A DNA stretch of 63,653 nucleotides, counting the filler, from Octopus bimaculoides (taxonomy: Eukaryota): NCBI RefSeq assembly GCF_001194135.2. It is 6 parts of 6 records of this genome, joined end to end, with 100 filler letters (N's around TTAATTAATTAA, not from the genome) between each part and the next. Parts side by side here need not be neighbours in the genome. Positions count along the whole stretch, not along the records: positions 1 to 26,718 come from NC_069004.1; positions 26,819 to 29,271 come from NW_026396890.1; positions 29,372 to 50,701 come from NC_069006.1; 3 more parts are not named here. One strand, given 5' to 3'. A program made the translations under genes and the position numbers. This document shows, piece by piece, positions 23,617-35,903 of the stretch. Numbering within the stretch: the stretch's first letter is position 1; the number at the start of each line of letters is the position of its first letter. The notes under the pieces were generated by a model. It was not told the DNA's origin, searched no databases, and saw only the letters and a list, made by a program, of their open reading frames with translations.

Positions 23617-25560
23617 CAGGGGCTTCATTTGCCTTAAAAATGTGAAGGGGACAAACCAACATTTGTTGATTCTTAAAGGAGCATGTTAGTATTGCTTATG
23701 GTGTCTTTCCCAGACCCTATCATATGATTAAAATTTTACTCTAATTAAATTTTATATATTCAAACGAAGTTCAGATATAAAAAAATAAGCTTAAAAAGAA
23801 TTTAGGTTAACTAGAATTAATATTGTAAGCATTAACCAGAATTAACCATTTGAATAAAAAAAAATATAAAGTAAATTTATTGTCATTTAGAACTTTCCGT
23901 CATTGCTGTCAATTGCGTCATTGCTGTCAATAAATAATTTATCAATTTCTACACAACTAATCTTTTTCAAAACATCTTTATGAACGTGACATATTAGAAT
24001 ATGATTCAGCCTTTGCTGACTCATGGTCAATCACAGTTACGTTTTGAGTCTCTGCAGAGCACTAAAAGATCTTTCAGCTTCACAAGAACTGGTTGGAAAC
24101 ACTGAAAGTAGCCTGAGCAATTGCTCAACATTTGGAGACATGCAACGGACTTCTGGTTGCATTTTACTGAATATTTTACAATGATCCACTATGATGATTT
24201 CTATAAAAAGGTACTTCATTCCTTAAAGAAAATTCATTAAGCTCTGGATACTGCACAATCATTTCAACACAAAAATTTCCATTGAGTAAAATATTGTTTA
24301 GTTTTTCATAATCTGCTAAATCCTATGAAAAAAAAAATCTCTCAAATTTGCTATTGCAGTATCCACTACCTACAAATACTGCACTCTGTAATAATCCAAA
24401 ACAGTGCAATGTTGATATTTTTATGCATTTCTTCCTGGTATCTTTTAGGAACTTTTTGTTGCCTGGGTAGCTCCAAAGGAGAAATATTGAGTTGATAAAT
24501 CATTTTTTCTGCTGTATTGAACAGCTCCTGAAATTTTTCTTCCCTGTGTAGATTTTTTTTAGCTCCTCCTGCACCAGTTTGACACTATGTAACATGCCAC
24601 CTAGATTAATAGTGGTACTTTGAAAAGATTTGCTCAATCCTTCAAGGAGTTGTAATGGAACTACAACATACAATCCAAGAAAACATTGGCCCATAGAGAG
24701 ACATGTAAGAATACAATTAACTCTGGAGGCAATGTTGGTGCCAAACTTATTTGTTGCCTCTTGTAAAGAAATGAGGACATCTGAATAATTTTCAAAAAGG
24801 GCTTTGACTGCAAAAAGTCATGTTAGCCACTGAGTAGGGCACACAGGTTTTAAGGAGCATGGTGACGATACTTCATTTTTCTTAAATTTCCCTGATGTAG
24901 TTTCCCCAATTCATTCATGTAATCCAGAGCATTTTTGATAAATGAAGCTTGTTGAAGGGATTTAAGGTGAGAAATATGAGCGCTGCAGTGCACGTAATGG
25001 GCCAGAAAGTCTTCTTTATTTCTGCTTGACAACCATGATGTTTACCTGCCATATAGCTGCACCATCATATGTCTGGCATCGAAAATTTTGAATTGGTAAT
25101 TGAAGGCATAGAAGTACATCAAGAATCATTTGACAAAGAGATTTACCAGTTGTACTATCTATATTGTAGATTCCTAAAACATTATCTTTAATTTCAAAAT
25201 AATCATTCACAGGATGAGCACAAATAACCTCCAGTCCCTTACCCTGAATATCTTGAGTACCATCCAACCTGCTTAGATTCTTTATTAGTTTTTATTATGC
25301 CTTTCAAAACCATATCACTCATTGTTTTTAAAATATCATTTTGGATTTCAGCTCTGGTGTAGCTGTGTTTTCTGTTCAAGCAAATTCTCAGCTCATGTGC
25401 GTCCATGAAGCTTCCCTCATCAGCATGCTTTCCTTGAATTGCCAACCCTTACTCAGCTAAATACTTCAAAGATATTATCTTAAGTAAAGTATGCCACTGG
25501 AAAATATGAAAACTAAAAGAGGCAGCACATATGCTAAGACACAATAACCTCCTTAGCAGA
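23617..25560 (-). mobile_element. Decayed hAT transposon (ZMYM/THAP-like transposase pseudogene)
   Basis: Fragments YTRAEIQNDIL, DGTQDIQG, CQTYDGAA, HYVHCSAH and FPTSSCEAERSFSALQRLKT (hAT dimerization motif); TIR-like cagggg at 23617. Confidence 0.85.
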
Positions 25561-25701
25561 CCTAGTGCAGATATGAGTAGAATATGGGAACCAGTATTAA
25601 GAAAAGATAAAATACTTTGTTCATAAACTCTAAAATTCACTCTATAATTGCCCACGGGCATAATCATGATAATAATAATAATAATACCAGCAAAAAAATA
25701 C

Positions 25702-25747
25702 TTTGGAATGAGAACCCAGGGTTGGGTTCAAAATTCCACCAGGACAC
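25702..25747 (-). CDS. Candidate upstream exon of the 20.8-kb gene (CPGGILNPTLGSHSK)
   Basis: Acceptor ttttactctccag|, donor AAA|GTATTT; ends in phase 0, compatible with exon 20757-20838. Confidence 0.3.
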
Positions 25748-25992
25748 CTGGAGAGTAAAATCAGCCAAAATATTGTGGTAACAACAAACAAGATGAGGAC
25801 ACATATCTGTCCTATGTAAATAATGTATATATATGTATACAGAAGCACAACTAAAGGTACAAACCTCATTCAGGGATAGCAAAATCCTATGAAAGTACTG
25901 GTTAATTACCTATACAAAGAATATTGAACATTACATTTAATACTCAACTACAAGGTAACTATATAAACCGCAGTTTATATATATTTATTTAT

Positions 25993-26219
25993 TATACTAA
26001 TAAGATGAGAAAATAGAGAGGTAATTAATAAATTACTATTTATTAATTTAAAAATTGACTAACACCCCTTACTGCTGTTTTAATTCCAGACCTTCAGAAA
26101 ATTAATTTAATTAATTTTCTGAAGGTCTGAAATTGAAATAGCAGTAAGGGATGTTTGTCAATTTTTTAATTAATAAATAATAATTTATTACCTCTCTATT
26201 TTCTCATCTTATTAGTATA
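25993..26219. repeat. Foldback palindrome: about 112-bp arms, about 3-nt loop, more diverged
   Basis: tatactaataagatgagaaaatagagagg...cagaaaattaat TTA attaattttctg...cctctctattttctcatcttattagtata. Confidence 0.9.
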
Positions 26220-26274
26220 TATGTGTATATATACATATAAGGTATACTAAGCTGTAGCGCTTTCTTCCTTGCTG

Positions 26275-26655
26275 TATGGCACTGAAACCTGGACAGTCTA
26301 TAAAGCTCAAGTAGACAAATTACATGCGTATATGATGAGACAGTTGCAACAAATAATATCACTCTGTTGGACATTATCAGGAATGAAGAGATCCTACAGA
26401 ATGCTGGTCTATCTCCTATGATGGAAATTTTCATAGATAGAAATTTATGTTGGTTGGGATGTGTACACAGGATGGGCAACACCAGACTCCCCAGACAACT
26501 ACTTTATTCCCAACTATGCAGGGGGAAGACCTAGAGACTGCAAAAAGGAACATGAAGTGGAAAGGAATTGATCATAATAAACGACAAAGTCAAGTGAAAA
26601 ACCAACTAGTATGGAGAAAGCTTATCAAGTCATGCCAAAACCACAAACAATCATA
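26275..26655 (+). mobile_element. Decayed RTE LINE RT C-terminal fragment
   Basis: Translates to ...RNLCWLGCVHRMGNTRLPRQLYSQL..., an RTE-like WLGHV.RM...RLP motif. Confidence 0.65.
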
Positions 26656-26675
26656 GTTACAACTACTGACTGCAG

Positions 26676-26711
<36 letters not shown>

Positions 26712-26762
26712 TATATATNNNNNNNNNNNNNNNNNNNNNNNNNNNNNNNNNNNNNNNNNNNN

Positions 26763-26774
26763 TTAATTAATTAA
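26763..26774. other. Artificial scaffold linker TTAATTAATTAA in a 44N+12+44N gap (also at 29316, 50746, 53357, 60187)
   Basis: Identical 100-nt layout five times; the 12-mer is palindromic with stops in all six frames. Confidence 0.9.
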
Positions 26775-26818
26775 NNNNNNNNNNNNNNNNNNNNNNNNNN
26801 NNNNNNNNNNNNNNNNNN

Positions 26819-26851
<33 letters not shown>

Positions 26852-27839
26852 ACATATATAACAAGCGTATACACATACTTAGACACACACGTGCACACGT
26901 ACACACATATAACAAATGAATATATATACATACACACATGTGAACACGTANNNNNNNNNNNNNNNNNNNNNNNNNNNNNNNNNNNNNNNNNNNNNNNNNN
27001 NNNNNNNNNNNNNNNNNNNNNNNNNNNNNNNNNNNNNNNNNNNNNNNNNNNNNNNNNNNNNNNNNNNNNNNNNNNNNNNNNNNNNNNNNNNNNNNNNNNN
27101 NNNNNNNNNNNNNNNNNNNNNNNNNNNNNNNNNNNNNNNNNNNNNNNNNNNNNNNNNNNNNNNNNNNNNNNNNNNNNNNNNNNNNNNNNNNNNNNNNNNN
27201 NNNNNNNNNNNNNNNNNNNNNNNNNNNNNNNNNNNNNNNNNNNNNNNNNNNNNNNNNNNNNNNNNNNNNNNNNNNNNNNNNNNNNNNNNNNNNNNNNNNN
27301 NNNNNNNNNNNNNNNNNNNNNNNNNNNNNNNNNNNNNNNNNNNNNNNNNNNNNNNNNNNNNNNNNNNNNNNNNNNNNNNNNNNNNNNNNNNNNNNNNNNN
27401 NNNNNNNNNNNNNNNNNNNNNNNNNNNNNNNNNNNNNNNNNNNNNNNNNNNNNNNNNNNNNNNNNNNNNNNNNNNNNNNNNNNNNNNNNNNNNNNNNNNN
27501 NNNNNNNNNNNNNNNNNNNNNNNNNNNNNNNNNNNNNNNNNNNNNNNNNNNNNNNNNNNNNNNNNNNNNNNNNNNNNNNNNNNNNNNNNNNNNNNNNNNN
27601 NNNNNNNNNNNNNNNNNNNNNNNNNNNNNNNNNNNNNNNNNNNNNNNNNNNNNNNNNNNNNNNNNNNNNNNNNNNNNNNNNNNNNNNNNNNNNNNNNNNN
27701 NNNNNNNNNNNNNNNNNNNNNNNNNNNNNNNNNNNNNNNNNNNNNNNNNNNNNNNNNNNNNNNNNNNNNNNNNNNNNNNNNNNNNNNNNNNNNNNNNNNN
27801 NNNNNNNNNNNNNNNNNNNNNNNNNNNNNNNNNNNNNNN

Positions 27840-27877
<38 letters not shown>

Positions 27878-28054
27878 GTTTTATATACACGTATATACTT
27901 ACATATAAATATACATACACACACACCACAGACTATATGTATATATATATATATATATATAGATATGCAGGGCAGGGAATCATCAATTAGTAATAAAATT
28001 AATAATTAACAATTTCTGCCGGGTAGCTCAACTGTCAATCCCTATATATTTATG

Positions 28055-28085
<31 letters not shown>

Positions 28086-29548
28086 TATACACTTATACAC
28101 AAACATACATACGCGCAAAGTAACCCGCACACATGCATGAACTACAAATAAAAATACTATAGAAGCATGTAAAAGTACACACACACACATATACATATAC
28201 ACACACACAGACACACATATTTATAAGTAGAATGACCTTCACCTTTATCAACTCAATCTAAACATCAATTCTGTGTTTATTAAATGTTGAAATATTGAGT
28301 GGAGAAGAAGAGAGAGAAGGAAAATAATGAGGGGAGTGGGATGAGAGTGATAGTGAGAGTACAAATGATATGGAGAGAGGTGAGAGAGAGATTGAGGAAA
28401 AAGAGAGAAAGTGTGAGAGTGAAAACGAGAGTGTAGGAGTGAGAGGAAGAGGCAGAGTAGGAGAGAGTAAGAGGAAACGAGAAAGAAAGAAAGAGAGAGA
28501 GAGTGAAAAAACCCCTTTATTTCGAAAACTATAAACAGCAGATTGTAAAACGAAAATTATATACTCATGTACTTTATAAGTATATGGGTATATATTATAT
28601 ACACGCGTATACTTAAGATACAAATATACGCAGATGTATACACACTGATATATATATAACACTATATTGGAAGAATAACTTTGATAGTAATAGGGAAATG
28701 TTTGTGTGTGTGCGTGTATATATATATATAATTTGTGTACCTAGGTATCTTACTCAACAATTCCAAAACACGAATGGTTAGGTAACTAAAGGAACAATTA
28801 AATTTTCTAAAAAGTTTAAAATATTCTATATTTAATGTTTCAATATTTATGTTAGAATTAAATAGTAGCACACATAAATGCTGACATAATCGCAATTTCT
28901 TTTCTCTCTCAAGTAACTCCCTACTTTAATTAGATCTTTAAGAAAACATTCTGTAGGGTTTGGCATCAACTGATTGTCTCCCACTCCAGAAGTTTTCAAG
29001 TGTCCAGATTTGTTTCAATAAGTGGCCAGAAACGATCGTTAAAGGGGTATTTATTAAAGTTGGATTTCTATGTAAAAGAATACCATCGTTCATTATTCGT
29101 CGCTAAATTTTATTGATAAAACGAAGGGTGACGTGATGCAGTTGGAAATGGAAGTCAAATGTTGGAGAAGCGAAACAAAGCAGAAAGAGAGATGAGAGAG
29201 AAAAAAAGAGAGAGAGATGGTGATGAAGGGAGTTTGAGTAAATGGGGACAGTAAAGATAACAAGGGGGGGGNNNNNNNNNNNNNNNNNNNNNNNNNNNNN
29301 NNNNNNNNNNNNNNNTTAATTAATTAANNNNNNNNNNNNNNNNNNNNNNNNNNNNNNNNNNNNNNNNNNNNAAATGCTCATAGAAATCACGTAAGCCTGA
29401 GTGAGGCTATAGAAGACCCTTGCCCAAGGTGCTGTGCAATAGTACTGAACCCAAAACCATGTGGGTAGAAAACAAATTTCTTACTCACATAACCTGAAGT
29501 ATTATTTTCTTTATATTTTTATTGTTTTTTTTTTTGTTCTCTTTCCAG

Positions 29549-29735
29549 TGTTCAATAGATTTAAAACGAAATGTGTTAGTGATTGGCACAACAGGTACAG
29601 AAACCCCATTCCTCAGTGAATCTGAGCTTCCTGAACATGCACGGTTAAACCTGTTACAGAGACCTTCATCAAGTATAGAAAGTGAGGATCAACAATTAGC
29701 TGAAGCTCTGGCACGATCTGCTGAAGAGGCCTCAG
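29549..29735 (+). CDS. DDI1: DDI1/DDI2 homolog, penultimate exon (end of the retroviral-type aspartic protease domain + UIM-like motif)
   Basis: [33 protein letters not shown]...[16 protein letters not shown] matches human DDI2 [33 protein letters not shown]...DQELAEALQKSAEDA from memory; ttccag| acceptor, CAG|GTAAG donor. Confidence 0.95.
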
Positions 29736-29809
29736 GTAAGGTTATCCCTCCCCATCGTAATAATGTGTTAATGGCAACATTGTGATGTTAATGCTGAACT
29801 TCCTGTAAC

Positions 29810-30207
29810 TTGAAGGCTTGGCTGTCATTAAGAGTTTTGCTTCCCAATGGCAATGTATTGGGTTCAGTCCCACTGTATGGCATCTTTAGGGAGTGTCTTC
29901 TACTAAGAGCTCCAGGCCAACCAAAATCTTTGTGAGGGGATTTGGTAGACAGAAACTGAAAGAATCTTCTGTGTGTGTGTGGTGAGGGCATATCCAGTGC
30001 CATATAAAAAGCTCTAATGTCAGTGGCATGTTAAAAAGCACTCAGCATACACTGTAAAGTGGTTGGCATTAGAAAAGGCATCCAGCTATAGAAACTCTGC
30101 CAGATCAGATTGGACCCTGGTGCAGCCATCTGGTTCGCCAGTCCTCAGTCAAACAGTCCAACCCATGCTAGCATGGAAGGTGGATGTTAAACAATGATGA
30201 TGATGAT
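29810..30207 (+). mobile_element. SINE family A 5' half joined to an RTE-type 3' tail, in the DDI1 intron
   Basis: gggttcagtcccactg...gatttggtagacagaaactgaaagaa, then (TG)n, then a tail nearly identical to 3590-3754. Confidence 0.7.
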
Positions 30208-30460
30208 ATATGCATGATTAGAGGCTATGTTAGCCTCATGAAGGGATGGTGTCATCCAAGGAAATACTGGTTCAATACCTAATATTTTTAGAGAAGTGAT
30301 TTCCTTAAAATAATAAATATATATATAAAACCATATAGTTTATATTTGTATAAAAGAAGAAAAAGAAAATGGAGATTGGGTGGTTAATAATAAACAATTA
30401 TTTTGACGAGGGTTCTCTTTCTTTCTTTTTCTTCTGAGATTCTGTTTATTTTAATTTCAG

Positions 30461-30720
30461 CAAAACACGTGATGGTTTCTAGTCGTAAGCTGACCTCCAC
30501 ATCCACTGCTATCTCAGGCTCCAAACCAACAGCCACAGTTTCATCTCCTCCTCACATTCCCCCAACCTCTCCACCACAAACATTCTCAGAGGAAGCCATG
30601 CTGCGACTCATGTCCTACGGATTCGAAAGACAACAGGTTCTAGATGAACTGCATCGATCGAACGGAGATGTCGACCAGGCCTTGGCAGCGTTGTTGGCTA
30701 AATCTTTACAAATGCCTTGA
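30461..30720 (+). CDS. DDI1: DDI1 terminal exon: Ser/Pro/Thr linker + UBA domain
   Basis: atttcag| acceptor, phase 1 matches the preceding exon; FSEEAMLRLMSYGFERQQVLDELHRSNGDVDQALAALL is UBA-like (GF loop, NGD); TGA stop. Confidence 0.9.
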
Positions 30721-32449
30721 GCTGGGGGGATGCGGGTCGTAATTTTGATGGGTGACATTTTGTGAACAGTCATATCGTAACTTTAAACAGGTGGCCATTG
30801 TCTTTTTTTTTTTTTTCCAAATCACAGCCATAAACATATAAACACGTCTTCATTAATCTAATCTCATTGAATTTCAAATGTAAACAACTGAAGAGATTAA
30901 ATATTCTACTGTAATTCAGTTGTAGACATTTTATTTTGCCTTCCAATTAAGAATTGTTATCAACAGAACTGATGAAACTAACTAACATTGAAACAACTGC
31001 CTGCATCTGGCTTGATGGTAACAGTTGTTTCATAGTTTGATGACAAACGCTGTCATTTCGTCGGCTTTCTTTCTCTATTATGTCACATTAACTTACAATT
31101 GTATATTTTCCTGTTTTTGTATCATTTTAAACTCCTCATCTGTTGCTGTTTCCACTCAACCTACCAATATCTGTTCTTTAATTTTGCTCTCATATCTTTT
31201 ATTAAGAGTTGTTACTGTCCAAAACTTGGCTTTCACGTGTTGTTTGTCCTGACATAAAATTTACAATTTATGTATATCTACATTTACATCAAAGTATTTT
31301 GTTGAAGAAAGCTTTTTTGTATTTAGATTATTTCTAATATTATTCATGTTTCTACATCAGTCTTGCTTTACATACTGCATTGAGTGGCTTTATTGATTCA
31401 CAAACACTCTCCTCTTCATTGACAATCTATGGTATATCAGTACAGTGTTTGAGCAGAAGTAGTAATAATATTCATTATCATGTTACCTGTAAGGATTCAT
31501 TTATTTATTGCATTCTTAGTCTTCCTTTGCACCTAGGGCATAACAACACCTGTATCCTTTCATTCCTGATCACTCATTGTCTGTACTAAAAACCATTACT
31601 ATTTCTACTCCAACAATATTATTATTATTATTATTATTTCTACTCAAACACTATCATTATTTCTACCCAAACATTACTTCACTTAACTACTAGTTTCACC
31701 ATTAACTGACAGTGCTGGCGTTCATTTCATCTTTGAAGAGTTATTTCCCCTGAGATCCAGCTACCGTTTCTTGTTCTCTAAATTTGGGATCAGATTTCTT
31801 GGTTTCCGAGAATTATTGGCAAAACCTTTTTGACAGAATTTTGGTAGAAACAGTCCATATAATCCCATATAACTTTTTTTTTTTTTTATAATTGTTTGAA
31901 ATTTTCAGAAAATATTTTGCGAATTTGTGTTCTACACATGGGAATCCATATGCTTCAGAAAATTTTTAGTTATTGCTTTAATATTGTGTAAAAGGAAACA
32001 AGCATATAAAAAGAAAATTTATACATAAACTTGATCGGTTCACATTTTAGCCACTGCCGGGTAGTGTGTTCAATTTGTTCACTGAACACTGCCGTGAATT
32101 CCCCCCAAATCACAAAATAAGATGGGGAAATGCACACAACAGCCAAACACTGCGTCAGTGGAACTGTGAAGCACATAGTTCAATAGAAGGATTTTTGTAT
32201 CTTTTTCGTCAACTAGGGGATGGTTACTGACATTAAGCTTAAGGATTATATAATGTACAAGTATAAAGAAAGAAGGACTCGTTATATTGAATGTTATCGA
32301 TAATATCGAGTGGATATAGGGGGTGCTGCAGTTCCGCAGTACCTATGCACGAGCCGCCACTGGTTGGAGTGTATATTGTGCATAACATTATGATTTTTTT
32401 TTTTAAATGTTCCAAACTTTTTAACCACAACTGTTTAATGTATGCACAC

Positions 32450-33740
32450 ATGCACATACGTAGGATTGGCTTCTTTCCGTTTCGGTCTACCAAATCCACT
32501 TACAACGATTTGGTAAGTTACAAGCCGAGGTAGAAAGCATTTGCCCAAGGTACCACGCAATGGGACTGAACTCGAAGCCATATGGATGTGAAACGAACTT
32601 CTTGAACTACATAGCCACATCTGCATTTATGAAGTCTTAGATATAGAATAATAGGATGGCCATGACTGGAACGCCTTTGAGCATAGGTTTTGCCCTCTGA
32701 AGAGCTAAACAATAATAACCTAGTGACAGCTCGGTTATAAAACTACGTCTCACCTGTAAAATAATGCGGGTTTTAATCGATAGAGTTATCTCCCTTGTAA
32801 AAATAGCAGATCCGTTATTGAGTTTTAGTTGATGTTCCATTTGGTTGTTGGTCGGAATTCGAGAAGTCTCGGTTACGCCCGTTGGAAAAGCTATAAACGC
32901 CACATCCCTTCCCGAACACGTGGTCCTGAGTACAGTCCCACAGCGCCACACCTGGAGTAAGTGTCTTCTATTGTAGTCCCGGGCCGCGCGCGTATATATA
33001 CATCTTTTATATTTTTGCTTGTTTCAGTCATTTGACTGTGGCCATGCTGGAGCACCGCCTTTAGTCGAACCAATCGACCTGAGGACTTGTCCTTTGTAAG
33101 CCTAATACTTATTCCATCAGTCACTTTTGCCGAACCGCTACGTTACGGGGACATAAACACACCAACATCGGTTGTCAAGCGATTGTGGACACACACATAT
33201 ATATATATATACACGATGGGCTTCTCTCAGTTTCCGTCTACCAAATCCATTCACAAGGCTTTGGTCGGCCCGATGCTATAGTAGAAGACACTTGCCCAAG
33301 GTGCCACGCAGTGGGACTGAACCCGGAACCATGTGGTTGGTAAGCAAGCTACTTACCATACAGCTACTCCTGCGCCTTATACCATACTGGAGCATCGCCT
33401 TGAAGGGTTTTGTCTAATAAATTGACTCCAGTACTCTTTTTTTAAAATTCTGTACTTATTCTATCGTTCACACTTGCCGAATCTCTAAGGTACAAAGAGG
33501 GTAAACAAGCTAACATCGGTTGTCATGAAGCGGTGGAGGAAAAACGCAAATGCACACACACACACACATATATAACTGGATTCCTCACAGTTTCCGTCTA
33601 CCAAATTCTCTTACAAGGTATTGGTCGGCCCGAAGGATTCAGTAGAAGGCTCTTGCCCAAGGTGCCGCACAGTGAAACTGAACCCGAAACCACGTGTGTT
33701 GCTAAGCGAATGTCTTAACCACACAGCCATGCCAGCGCCC
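32450..33740 (-). mobile_element. Cluster of three SINE family A copies with intact CpGs (best copy 33012-33377)
   Basis: Full head (ggcgcaggagtagctg) to tail homology. Confidence 0.85.
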
Positions 33741-34257
33741 GTTTCGTGAATTAAATGGTAAAAAGAAAGAAAGAAAGAGTGAAAGAAATTGGAAAGAAAG
33801 ACGGAAGTAGGTCACAGGAATTGATATTTTTAAAAGAAGAATCGAAATCAAGGATGAGGAACATATTTACTTAGGTTATCAGCCGTTCTGATGCCAGTTT
33901 TTAATCACATTGTGATTATAAAACATTTCATACAGCTTTGGCGAACCAATTATCGACAAACACGGATGGACGCCTTGAAGCAAGATCACATCTCATAAAA
34001 CTACTTTCGATTCCCAAATGAAACGAAACGAATTTACTCACATTGCAAAATATCTTTGCTACACGTTGTGAACATGACTTAATCGTATTCTTTTTTCATA
34101 TAACCTATCTTTAAGAAGGAAATCATTTAAGATGTTGTCGATTTAACAAATTGATAGAATTTCCTATTATTTGTACTTTAAGGGTCTACAGGGTCTTTCT
34201 TTGCTTTTCAACAACCAGTCAGTCGCTTTGTTGGTTGTCATTATTTTCTTACAATTA

Positions 34258-34725
34258 AAGGTGTGGAGCTGGCAGAATCGTTAGCACGCCGGTCGAAATG
34301 CTCAGCGGTATTTCACCCGTCGTTACGTTCTGAGTTCAAATTCTGTCGAGGTCAGCTTTGCCTTTCATCCTTTCGGGGTCGATAAATTAAATACCAGTTG
34401 CGTACTGAAGTCGATGTAATCGACTAGTCCGCTTCTCGCAATCACCCGTCGCTACGTTCTGAGTTCAAATTCTGTCGAGGTCAGCTTTGCCTTTTATCCT
34501 TTCGGGGTCGATAAATTAAATACCAGTTGCGTACTGAAGTCGATGTAATCGACTAGTCCCCTTCTCTCAATCACCCGTCGCTACGTTCTGAGTTCAAATT
34601 CTCTCGAGATCAACTTTGCTTTTTATCCTTTCGGGGGTCGATAACATAATTACCAGTTGAGACCTGGGGTTAATGTAATCGATTTATCTCCACCCCCAAA
34701 ATTGCTGGCCTTGTGCCACAATTTG
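34258..34725 (+). mobile_element. SINE family B with an internal 3 x 129-bp repeat
   Basis: tcacccgtcg.tacgttctgagttcaaattct starts at 34313, 34442 and 34571. Confidence 0.9.
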
Positions 34726-35639
34726 AAATCAATGTGTATTAGGCGCAGACTAGCTGTTTAGTAAGAAGTTTGCTTGGACTGAGGCTATGGGAGAAGACAC
34801 TTGTCCAATTGACGGACAGTGGGACTCACTTCGAAACCACACATACACACACACACAGTATGCAGTAGTGATGCTACTCCAGACTGATGACGAGCAAAGA
34901 CTCAGAAACATGTCTCTGGATGCAGGCTTAGCTGGGTGGAGGTGCTTGTCTCCCTCTTGTAAAAATAAGGACACAGGAAATGTGTCAAGGCCGACAGGAA
35001 GCGGTGGTGCTTCCTGGGGCTAAATAGCAGTAGTATTATTCCCTCCATGGGACTGTCACATTAAGAGAATCAAAATCACGCCCTCGCGATCGTGAGCGCA
35101 ATATACTAATCACTCGGTCACGTGCCCTCGATATAATTACGACCGTGATGAATGCAGTTATTTACTTATTTATCAACCCGTCGTTTTCTATGTATATGTT
35201 TCACCCACCGCTACTACATTCTCTGTATTTCTGGACTCGCTAGCTAAATTCTTCTCCCCTACTAGTTTTTACTTTTCCTACTTGACTCACACACAAAAAT
35301 TCGACACGACAACAAAATAGGTGCATAGTTATATCTCCTTTTGAAAAGGAGATTTTAACTCAAAATATCATGACTTACAAATTTTGGCAAAAGCCAGCAA
35401 CTTTAGAGAAGAGAGTAAGTCGATGATATTGACCTCAGTACTTAACCAGAAGGAAGAAGACCAAGTCGACCTCAGCGTCATTTGAATTCCGAACGTAAAA
35501 GGCCGAAAAAAAAAAAAAAAATGTCGCTAAGCATTTTGTCCAGTGCGGTAACGATCCTGCCAGCTCGTCGCTTTAAATATCTTTCTAATTTTGGCACAAT
35601 GTTTCAATCATTGCAAAATATGTAAAAGATATCCGTGTG

Positions 35640-35903
35640 TTACAGTCGCACGTCCTTGTTACGGATGGAACTGACGGTCAACGTGCATAAATTCCTGATA
35701 TAGGGGAGCCGTTTCAGCGATAAACATTTCCGTAGGGAAGGTCTTGAGTGGACCAGATGTGTGTAGAGCCCTTCCTTACAGATGGCTTTGCGGATAGCAG
35801 CTGTTGTATTGTCACTGACGTGTAATAACTTTAGAAAACAAGTGTTTGGAGAGTTCTTCCGTTCTGACGGGTTTGCGCGCCGTATTGGCGACTGATAACA
35901 CAT
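35640..35903 (-). mobile_element. Penelope-like RT C-terminal remnant
   Basis: FLKLLHVSDNTTAAIRKAICKEGLYTHLVHSRPSLRKCL resembles the Penelope linker between RT and GIY-YIG. Confidence 0.45.

Noticed and set aside
32637-32951. - strand 104-aa ORF with a CAG|GTGAGA donor
   Set aside because: No recognisable homology or partner exon, and it abuts SINE sequence; left unsupported.
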